From: Gemmatimonadota bacterium | GTDB lineage: Bacteria; Gemmatimonadota; Gemmatimonadetes; Palauibacterales; Palauibacteraceae | Assembly: GCA_039656095.1 (NCBI GenBank) | Contig: JBDHMQ010000001.1 | Span: forward strand, 1 to 38,353 | DNA length: 38,353 nucleotides | Direction: 5' to 3' | Part shown: one piece after another, positions 1-7,092 of the stretch | Layout of the letters: the number at the start of each line of letters is the position of its first letter | Position numbering within the stretch: the first letter of the stretch is position 1 | Program-made: the position numbers and the translations under genes | Notes under the pieces: generated by a model | Seen by the model: only the letters and a program-made list of their open reading frames with translations | What the model was told of the DNA's origin: nothing | Databases searched by the model: none

Positions 1-12
1 CGTAGGGCAGGC

Positions 13-633
13 ATGAGGGAGAACGAAATGAGCAACAACATCACGATGAACAGACATCTGACGGCCGATGAGCTCGATCTGGCTACGGCGAATTTCGCCG
101 GGCTGGGCGACGCCCATCGGCAGCACGTTGATGCATGTCAGCAGTGTGCTGCGGGCGTCATCGATGCGCGTGAAGTGTCTGTTTTTCTCCGGAACCTTGC
201 AGTCGTGTCACCACGACCAGGTTTTGCCGAGCGAGTGATGACCCGCGTCACACTGCCACTGCCCTGGCATCGCCGGGCTGTTGCTTCTGCGTGGAAACGA
301 AAGGGCGCGAGCGCCAGCATTGCTTCGGCACTTGCGACATTGGCGGCTGGCGCCGGGGTCTGGGCAATCCGATTTCCGGAATTGCGCCCCATCGCCCTGG
401 CAACTTGGGTTGCGGGTCAGGCTGGAGATCTGCTCTGGCAGGCGACAATTGGCTTGGGTCGCGTGGCCTATTCTCTGGGCCTTGCCGACCTGGCAACCGC
501 TTTTGGCGCGGACCTGACGATAGGGTCCGCAATCGCTGGGCTGGCCACGATTACTCTCATGAGTATCGGGACGCTGTCCGTGATGATCCGTCTGGTTCGA
601 GACAGTCAGCCAGCATTGGTGCGGGCACACTGA
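13..633 (+). CDS. Zinc-binding (ZAS-type) anti-sigma factor, membrane anchored
   Basis: 206-aa ORF. It has an N-terminal H-x3-C-x2-C motif (HVDACQQC), followed by Ala/Gly-rich hydrophobic segments. The cognate ECF sigma gene would lie just upstream of the window. Confidence 0.6.
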   Translation: MRENEMSNNITMNRHLTADELDLATANFAGLGDAHRQHVDACQQCAAGVIDAREVSVFLRNLAVVSPRPGFAERVMTRVTLPLPWHRRAVASAWKRKGASASIASALATLAAGAGVWAIRFPELRPIALATWVAGQAGDLLWQATIGLGRVAYSLGLADLATAFGADLTIGSAIAGLATITLMSIGTLSVMIRLVRDSQPALVRAH

Positions 634-641
634 GTACCCTG

Positions 642-2276
642 ATGAAATTTCGAAGACTTGAGGAGATGTACGACCGAATGAACACAACACGAATTCCGAT
701 CCGTTGGATGGCAGCCCTGATTGCGGCGGCGCTCTTCGTCGGACCAGCCTCCATCAAGGCGCAGGATACAGGGATCGCCGGCAGCTCAGTACTGCTCGCC
801 GGGGACATTGCGCGCCTCGAACTGGAGCTGTCCTCCGGCCAGATGACGACCCTCGAGCTTAATACCGGCCACGTAGTCATCAACGGTTCAGATGTAGGAT
901 CTTACGAACCTGGCGGCGTATTCGAGCAAGCATGGCGCGATCTTCTCCGCAGCCCGGCAATTGCCGATATGTCTGACCTCTCAGACCTGCTTTCGTCCTG
1001 GGAACCTGTCGCAGGTGAATCAGACGGTACGGCACGCACGGCTATTCTGAGCGTGTTCGATCGATTTGACTCGCAGATTCTGGCCGATGCCTCCGTCGAA
1101 GCCGGGATCGCGAATCTGGATGCGCAAGAGCGTGTGACGATCGTGCCTCGGGGACGCTCAATCGGTCAGCTGGCCGAGCGCCTCGAGCGTCTCAGCGAGA
1201 CCATGGATCGAATCGCAGGTGAGCACATCGAGATCGCAAACGACTTCGCCCTTGTGGTTCACGATGACTACCGAATACCCGATGACATGGTGATCGACGG
1301 AAATGTCGCGTTACTTGGTGGCAACCTGGTTGTCGACGGTGAAATCGAAGGTGACGTTCTGGTCCTGGGCGGATTCCTTGACCTCGAGCCGGGCTCGATG
1401 ATTTCGGGCGATGTGCGCTCTTTCGGTGGAGAAGTCGAGACGACGGGTGCTGTCGTAATGGGAGAAATCCTGGCACTGTCCAATATTGCGGCGTCGGTTG
1501 ACGGAGCCATGTCCGATTTGAAGATCGGGATTGATCTCAGCGACGAGTTTTCGCGCAGGGATTACAGCCGGTCGGATAGACGAAGCCGTGGCTTCTTTGG
1601 CTCGATTTCGCACAACATCGGCCATGCAATCGGCGGAGTCTTCGGGACGGCTATGTGGATCTTCGGGCTCATGCTGTTCGGCGTGCTGCTGGTCTACTTC
1701 ACACCAAATCGCCTTGAGGCAGTTGCCGCTACAGCACGTGCTGACGTATTGCGCAGCTTCGGAGTGGGGCTGGCTGGCGAGTTTCTGTTTGGTCCGGTGC
1801 TGGTGTTGCTCGGAGTTCTCATTGTGACGTGGCTTGTAATCCCGTTTTACCTGCTGGCAGCAGCCATTGCTATTCCGCTCGGCTACCTGGCCGTGGCGCG
1901 GGCAACCGGTGAAGCTCTTGTTGACCGACAATATCCGTTTTTCGATCAACTCAATCTCAATCGTTCGAATACCTACTACTACGTATTCAACGGACTCATT
2001 CTGCTGATGGCTCCCTTTGCCATCGCATCCGTCCTGCACCTGCTGGGTGGGTGGGCTGGATTCATCCGAGGCTTCCTCATGTTCAGCGGCATCGTCCTCA
2101 GTTGGGCGGCGGCTACGACCGGCCTCGGTGCGGTAATCCTGACGCGCGGTGGCCGATCCGGCGACTTCGGCGGCTTCCGACGCAGCCCAAAGAACTTTTT
2201 TCGAGATATGAATCTGGATACACCGGCGGCGCCGGACAGCGCGGAGGCGGGGGAAGAGGATGATGACGATGCGTAA
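642..2276 (+). CDS. Polytopic membrane protein with bactofilin-like (polymer-forming cytoskeletal) repeats and an acidic C-terminal tail
   Basis: In-frame ATGs at 642, 666 and 678; the part of the tracked ORF before 642 overlaps the anti-sigma gene. Signal-like N-terminus (IPIRWMAALIAAALFVGPASIKAQ). Repeats of the type VIDGNVALLGGNLVVDGEIEGDVLVLGG. Several C-terminal TM helices and the tail EEDDDDA. Start codon uncertain. Confidence 0.55.
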   Translation: MKFRRLEEMYDRMNTTRIPIRWMAALIAAALFVGPASIKAQDTGIAGSSVLLAGDIARLELELSSGQMTTLELNTGHVVINGSDVGSYEPGGVFEQAWRDLLRSPAIADMSDLSDLLSSWEPVAGESDGTARTAILSVFDRFDSQILADASVEAGIANLDAQERVTIVPRGRSIGQLAERLERLSETMDRIAGEHIEIANDFALVVHDDYRIPDDMVIDGNVALLGGNLVVDGEIEGDVLVLGGFLDLEPGSMISGDVRSFGGEVETTGAVVMGEILALSNIAASVDGAMSDLKIGIDLSDEFSRRDYSRSDRRSRGFFGSISHNIGHAIGGVFGTAMWIFGLMLFGVLLVYFTPNRLEAVAATARADVLRSFGVGLAGEFLFGPVLVLLGVLIVTWLVIPFYLLAAAIAIPLGYLAVARATGEALVDRQYPFFDQLNLNRSNTYYYVFNGLILLMAPFAIASVLHLLGGWAGFIRGFLMFSGIVLSWAAATTGLGAVILTRGGRSGDFGGFRRSPKNFFRDMNLDTPAAPDSAEAGEEDDDDA

Positions 2277-3138
2277 GCTGATTCGCTCCGGCGTCGTTAC
2301 GGCAATTCTGTCGGTGGCCGTAGTCGGGACCCTGGCCGCCCAGTCGGACGACATGTACGAAGTTTCGGCGAGACGACAGATCACGGGCGTACGTACGCTC
2401 CAAGCTGACATCGAGTACGCCGTCGGCAAGCTCCATATCTCTGCCGCACCGGCGGGACTTCTCTACGATTCGAAGCTTGTGTATGACGCGGACGAGTTTG
2501 CGCCCGTGCGTGACTGGAGCCTGGTGGACGGGGCCGGACAACTCGCGCTGAGCCTGACAGGCCTCAATGAGAACTGGAATTTGGACGAGTTCGACGAGGC
2601 CGATGTGGGATCGTTGAATCTAGGCCTGAGCCGCGAGGTCCCGACGGCTCTTTCGCTCGCGGTAGGCGCCGCAGAGGTCGAGATGGACCTGGGTGGCATT
2701 GCCCTGAGCCAGTTCGGCTATCGCACGGCGGCATCGGCAACGACCATCAATTTCGAATCGCCGAATCCTGTGCGCATGGATCGACTTGAGTTGGCAGCCG
2801 GAGCTGCAGAATTCAATGCGTTAGAACTCGGCAACGCACGATTCGACTTCATCGAATTCATCGGCGCGATCGGAGATGTTCACCTGGACTTTACCGGGGA
2901 TTGGACGGAATCGGCGCACGGCGATCTTCGGATGGGACTGGGAACGCTGCACCTTACGTTTCCCAGAGACCTCGGCGTCCGCATCGAAAAGAAGGGCTTT
3001 CTTGCACCGTTTGATTCAGCCGGTTTCGAGGCTGTAGATGGTGGATTTCAAACGGCGAATTGGAATTCAGCCGATACGCAACTTTCGCTCCAGGTACGAG
3101 CGGCTTTTGGGAGCATCGACGTCGACTTCGTGGATTAG
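2260..3138 (+). CDS. Secreted toastrack/DUF4097-like beta-rich protein (putative envelope-stress module component)
   Basis: 292-aa ORF with a signal peptide (VVTAILSVAVVGTLAAQ). Repetitive beta-strand pattern ending in SLQVRAAFGSIDVDFVD. Overlaps the stop of the preceding gene; alternative starts at 2263 and 2269. Confidence 0.5.
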   Translation: MMTMRKLIRSGVVTAILSVAVVGTLAAQSDDMYEVSARRQITGVRTLQADIEYAVGKLHISAAPAGLLYDSKLVYDADEFAPVRDWSLVDGAGQLALSLTGLNENWNLDEFDEADVGSLNLGLSREVPTALSLAVGAAEVEMDLGGIALSQFGYRTAASATTINFESPNPVRMDRLELAAGAAEFNALELGNARFDFIEFIGAIGDVHLDFTGDWTESAHGDLRMGLGTLHLTFPRDLGVRIEKKGFLAPFDSAGFEAVDGGFQTANWNSADTQLSLQVRAAFGSIDVDFVD

Positions 3139-3140
3139 AC

Positions 3141-3169
3141 TAGAAGCCTTTTGAAGAACAAGGCTTCTA
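3141..3169. terminator. Bidirectional hairpin between convergent genes
   Basis: Perfect 10-bp inverted repeat, tagaagcctt (3141-3150) and aaggcttcta (3160-3169), with a 9-nt loop. It lies between the stop at 3138 (+) and the MATE stop at 3167-3169 (-). Confidence 0.5.
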
Positions 3170-4450
3170 CACTTCATGACCCCGCCATTTGCCATGGCGC
3201 CAGATACCAATCATGACCACACCGCGGGCGATCGCCGTCAAGCTGATCGCCCACCACACCCCGGCAAGTCCCAGCGGGCGCTGTAACCACCAGGCCAGGG
3301 GAAGTCGAAGACTCGTCAGGGTGACGCCGCTGACCATTGGCCACAGGGTGTATCCTGCCCCCTCCATGGCGATCTGAAGAACCATCTCAAATGCCATGAA
3401 CAGCTGGGCCACCGCCACAATCCGTAAGTAACTCGCTCCGTGATCCACAACGGCTTGATCCGTGGTAAACAGATGCATGAGCTGCTCGGGGACGATCAGG
3501 AACGTCAGCCCGATAATTGACATAAGCACCAGAGCGTCCCGAAGGGCAGCCCGACCCGCCTCGGTCGCGCGCTCCGGCTGTCCCGCGCCAATGTTCTGGC
3601 CTACGGCTGTCGCAGCAGCTATACCGAATCCGATGCACGCAAGAAAGCTCAGCGACTCGATTTTGTGTCCCACACCCAGAGCCGCAAGTCCGGCTGTACC
3701 GAACTGACTCGTCACTCGAGTAAGCAGGATGTAGATGAGGGAAAATGTGACGCCACCGGCTGAGACCGGGAGACCGATCCTGGCAATGGCACGCATCGCG
3801 CTCGACGACAATCGGACCCTCCGGATCAGATTGCGCTTACGCAACAACCGATATCCGACCACTACGGATCCTGTCCGTGTCAGCACGGTGGCGAGCGCAG
3901 CTCCCCCGGTTCCCAGTTGCGGGATCGGGCCGACGCCCAGGATCAGCAACGGATCAAGCAACGCGTTGGCTGCGAGCGCGAGAAGAAGGATCTGGAGAGG
4001 CGTCCGCGTATCTCCCGCCGCCCGGAACGTGGCATCCATTGCAAAATAGGCGAATACGATGGGGCAGCCCACGAGATACACGACGAGGTAATCAGCACCC
4101 TGCAGCGTCACCTCGAGCGGGGTGTTCATCAACGTAAACATCGGACCCAGGACCAGGAGACCACCCAGCCCAACGACGACGGCCGCAAACAAGGCCAGCC
4201 CGAATGCCTGGTAGCCCGCTTCCCTGGCCTCGACCTCGTTCTGCTCGCCCCAGCGACGACTGGCTACTGCGGTGAGTCCGACGGAAGGCATTTCCGCCAG
4301 CGATAGAATCGCCCAGACGACGAAGCTGGCCGTGCCGACTCCCGCGAGGGCGGCGGGACCCAGGCCCCGACCCACCCAGAACATGTCGATGATGTTGAAC
4401 AGACCCTGCAGCAAGGTGGCACCGACGGCCGGAATGGCTAGCCGGCGCAC
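3167..4450 (-). CDS. MATE family efflux transporter
   Basis: 427 aa and about 12 TM segments. N-terminal MATE signature region LLQGLFNIIDMFWVGRGLGPAALAGVG. Confidence 0.85.
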   Translation of the reverse strand: MRRLAIPAVGATLLQGLFNIIDMFWVGRGLGPAALAGVGTASFVVWAILSLAEMPSVGLTAVASRRWGEQNEVEAREAGYQAFGLALFAAVVVGLGGLLVLGPMFTLMNTPLEVTLQGADYLVVYLVGCPIVFAYFAMDATFRAAGDTRTPLQILLLALAANALLDPLLILGVGPIPQLGTGGAALATVLTRTGSVVVGYRLLRKRNLIRRVRLSSSAMRAIARIGLPVSAGGVTFSLIYILLTRVTSQFGTAGLAALGVGHKIESLSFLACIGFGIAAATAVGQNIGAGQPERATEAGRAALRDALVLMSIIGLTFLIVPEQLMHLFTTDQAVVDHGASYLRIVAVAQLFMAFEMVLQIAMEGAGYTLWPMVSGVTLTSLRLPLAWWLQRPLGLAGVWWAISLTAIARGVVMIGIWRHGKWRGHEV

Positions 4451-4500
4451 CGCAGTACGGACGGAGCCGCGGGTCGGATCGACCCGGTGACCTGTTGAGG

Positions 4501-5703
4501 TCAGGTGGCGGCGGGCTGGCCGGCCAGCTGTTGGATCTGGTCAGCCACGGCTTCAGAGATCGCCTGCAAAGCTATGCCCTCTGCGGAATCCGGTCTTCCG
4601 ATCACCGTCGGCTCGCCGCGGTCACCTTCCTCCCGAACCGCCATGCCCAGAGGAACCGCCCCGAGGAACGGAATCCCGAGTGAGCCAGCCAGCGTCTCAG
4701 CTCCACCGGAGCCAAACAGGTCATGCACAGAATCGCAATCAGGACAGGCAAAACCGCGCATGTTTTCGACGATCCCCAGCACAGGAATGTCGACACTCTC
4801 GAACATCTTGATGCCTTTGAGCGCTCCCGTCACGGCGACGTCCTGTGGCGTCGCCACCATCACCGCGCCGGTCACCTTCACGAGCTGAACGAGTGACAGC
4901 TGCGCGTCTCCGGTGCCCGGAGGCAGGTCAACGATCAAGAAGTCGAGTTCGCCCCAGTCAACCTGGTGCAGAAACTGCCGGATGATTCCCATAACGATCG
5001 GGCCGCGCCAGACAGCCGGAGTATCCTCCCCGACCAGAAAACCGAGGCTCATCAGCTTCACACCGTGAGCTTCCACCGGTGTCACCTGGTTGTCCTTCAT
5101 TCGTGGCTTTTCATACGCCCCGAACATAGTGGGAATGTCAGGACCGTAGATGTCGGCGTCCATCAATCCGACTTTATACCCTGCTGAAGCCCATGCAGCT
5201 GCGAGATTCGTAGAGATCGTGGACTTCCCCACACCACCCTTCCCCGAACTCACAGCTATTACATGCCTGACTCCTGCAAGCGGCTCGGCATCTTTAGGAT
5301 GTCGAGAAGCCTCCTCACGGCTGACCTGACTGGGTGATCGTGGTGGAGGTGGCGGGGCAACCTCCCTGGCCTCAGGCTCGATCACTGGCAAAGCGCGGCG
5401 ACCCGGTCGCGGCTCTCGCGGTGTGGGAGCAGGAGCAGGAGCAGGAGCAGCCGCCGGTGCGGGAACGGTTGAATCGACTAATGCGAAGCTGACTTTGTCG
5501 ACGCCTGTCACACCTGATGCGACCAGACGAATCGATTCGATCAGTGCGGGGGCGTCGTTCGGGCCGGGGGCGATCATCACCACCGCCGAACCACCGTCGA
5601 CCATGACGTCGCGCACGATGCCTGAACTCACAACATCAGGACCATCCGCTGAGGAACGCACTCGGCCCAGGGCCGACAGAATTTTTTTGCTGATTTCACT
5701 CAT
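4501..5703 (-). CDS. apbC: Mrp/ApbC/NBP35-type Fe-S cluster carrier ATPase with N-terminal DUF59-like domain and Pro/Ala-rich linker
   Basis: Deviant Walker A (SSGKGGVGKST), a CPDC motif (FACPDCDSVHDLFG), and an N-terminal DUF59-like segment. Confidence 0.9.
   Translation of the reverse strand: MSEISKKILSALGRVRSSADGPDVVSSGIVRDVMVDGGSAVVMIAPGPNDAPALIESIRLVASGVTGVDKVSFALVDSTVPAPAAAPAPAPAPTPREPRPGRRALPVIEPEAREVAPPPPPRSPSQVSREEASRHPKDAEPLAGVRHVIAVSSGKGGVGKSTISTNLAAAWASAGYKVGLMDADIYGPDIPTMFGAYEKPRMKDNQVTPVEAHGVKLMSLGFLVGEDTPAVWRGPIVMGIIRQFLHQVDWGELDFLIVDLPPGTGDAQLSLVQLVKVTGAVMVATPQDVAVTGALKGIKMFESVDIPVLGIVENMRGFACPDCDSVHDLFGSGGAETLAGSLGIPFLGAVPLGMAVREEGDRGEPTVIGRPDSAEGIALQAISEAVADQIQQLAGQPAAT
5425..5450. 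repeat. Hexanucleotide tandem repeat (aggagc x4) encoding the (AP)n linker of ApbC
   Basis: gggagc aggagc aggagc aggagc ag is read directly from the sequence. It translates on the minus strand to APAPAPAP. Confidence 0.7.
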
Positions 5704-5760
5704 AATCTGGATGCGAAGGCAGGCGATGGATACCCAGGACCCGCTGTGGAGAGGCTGAAG

Positions 5761-6054
5761 TCAGACAGATTCGACGGTCTGCACTTCGGGAACGATCATT
5801 CGGAGCCGTTGCTCAATTCCGGCCTTGAGCGTCAGCATCGACATGGGACAGGCATAGCAGGCTCCGACCATCCGGATTCCTACACGACCTGTTCGTTCGT
5901 CGAATTCGACCAGTTCAATATCGCCGCCATCCGCACGTATTGCCGGGCGAATCGTGGACAAGACTTCCAGGATTCGCGCCTCAATTGCATCCGTGCGGGT
6001 CGCTGCGTTTGTGTCATTCATGGCGGTATCCGTGGCCGATGCGGATGGGCTCAA
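5761..6054 (-). CDS. NifU C-terminal domain (Nfu-type) Fe-S cluster carrier
   Basis: 97 aa. IRADGGDIELVEF...GACYACPMSMLTLKAGIE contains the CxxC motif of Nfu/NifU-C. Confidence 0.8.
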   Translation of the reverse strand: MSPSASATDTAMNDTNAATRTDAIEARILEVLSTIRPAIRADGGDIELVEFDERTGRVGIRMVGACYACPMSMLTLKAGIEQRLRMIVPEVQTVESV

Positions 6055-6081
6055 GCCAAAAAGCCGAAGCTACCTGCGGTG

Positions 6082-7092
6082 TTAGACCCCGTCAACGACA
6101 GCGGGTTTCAGTGACCTGAGGATGCGGGCACCGTGCTCGCGACCGTTTTCTATGAAGATACTGTTGCCATCCTTGCCGGCCGCCAGGACCCCGGCGATAA
6201 ACAGTCCGGGCGTCGGTGTTTCCATGGATTCGGCGTCGTGGTATGGCACTCCGGTCTCGGGATCCACTTCGACGCCAAGCGACGCAAGGCAGTCCCGGTC
6301 AGGATGGAATCCGGTCATTGCCAGTACAAAATCGTTGGGCAACCAGGTTTCCGTATCGTCGGCCTTCGAGCGTAACAATACCCTGTCTTGCTCGATTCGC
6401 GTCACCTCGTGGTCCCACAGAACATCGATTTCTCCGGCCTTCATCCGGCCACGCATATCAGGCAGAATCCACGGCTTGACGCCCCGCCCGAATTCTACAC
6501 CCCGGTGCACTACGGTCACGCGGGCACCCGCCCGCCAACAGGCGAGAGCCGACTCGACTGCGGAGTTGCTTCCACCTACCACCAACACGTCTTGATCGAA
6601 GTATCGGTGCGGCTCGCGAAAATAGTGGTTTACCTTGTCCAGGTTCTCGCCATCGACGCCGATGAGATTGGGCGAGTCGAAGGTTCCGATCGCAACCGCG
6701 ATGAAGTCTGCGTGATAAAGACGAGTTTCGCCGGACCTGTATCGAGTTTCGACCCGGAAAAGCGAACCCCCATCGATGCGGTCGATCCGACAAACCTCTT
6801 CATACTGGCGTATGTCGAGATCGAATTCACTTGCAACCCGGCGATAGTACTTGAGCGCCTCCTGGCGTGACGGTTTGTCACCTGCCGTGATGAATGGCAC
6901 TCCACCGACTTCCAGTAGCTCGGGTGTGCTGAACCAGGTCATGCCAAGTGGAAATCGCTCCAGGGCGCTTACGACGGGTCCTCTGTCGAGCAGTACGCAG
7001 GACACCCCCTGCTCCTGCGCTGCAGTGCCTACGGCCAGACCGCAGGGTCCGGCTCCAACTACGAGAAGTGTACTGCGAAATGGTGTGGTCAT
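6082..7092 (-). CDS. YpdA-family FAD/NAD(P)H flavoprotein (putative bacillithiol-disulfide reductase-like)
   Basis: GAGPCGLA dinucleotide motif near the N-terminus and a second VVGGSNSAVESA motif. The start was chosen at ATG 7092 (MTTPFRSTLLVVGAGP), which overlaps the acylase stop as TAATG. The tracked ORF extends to 7182. Confidence 0.7.
   Translation of the reverse strand: MTTPFRSTLLVVGAGPCGLAVGTAAQEQGVSCVLLDRGPVVSALERFPLGMTWFSTPELLEVGGVPFITAGDKPSRQEALKYYRRVASEFDLDIRQYEEVCRIDRIDGGSLFRVETRYRSGETRLYHADFIAVAIGTFDSPNLIGVDGENLDKVNHYFREPHRYFDQDVLVVGGSNSAVESALACWRAGARVTVVHRGVEFGRGVKPWILPDMRGRMKAGEIDVLWDHEVTRIEQDRVLLRSKADDTETWLPNDFVLAMTGFHPDRDCLASLGVEVDPETGVPYHDAESMETPTPGLFIAGVLAAGKDGNSIFIENGREHGARILRSLKPAVVDGV

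Noticed and set aside
291-641. Upstream part of the 661-aa tracked ORF overlapping the anti-sigma gene in another frame.
   Set aside because: The translated segment is Gly/Arg/Trp-rich with no signal or domain. The real protein evidently begins at one of the ATGs at 642-678, just before a signal peptide.
1311-2429. Long antisense ORFs opposite well-supported genes. Examples: 1311-2429(-), 9209-10105(+), 10696-11520(+), 14849-15544(+), 20050-20607(-), 31285-32049(+).
   Set aside because: They are Arg/Pro/Gly/Ser-rich, lack recognisable motifs, and lie exactly opposite genes with clear family signatures. These are typical shadow ORFs of GC-rich DNA.
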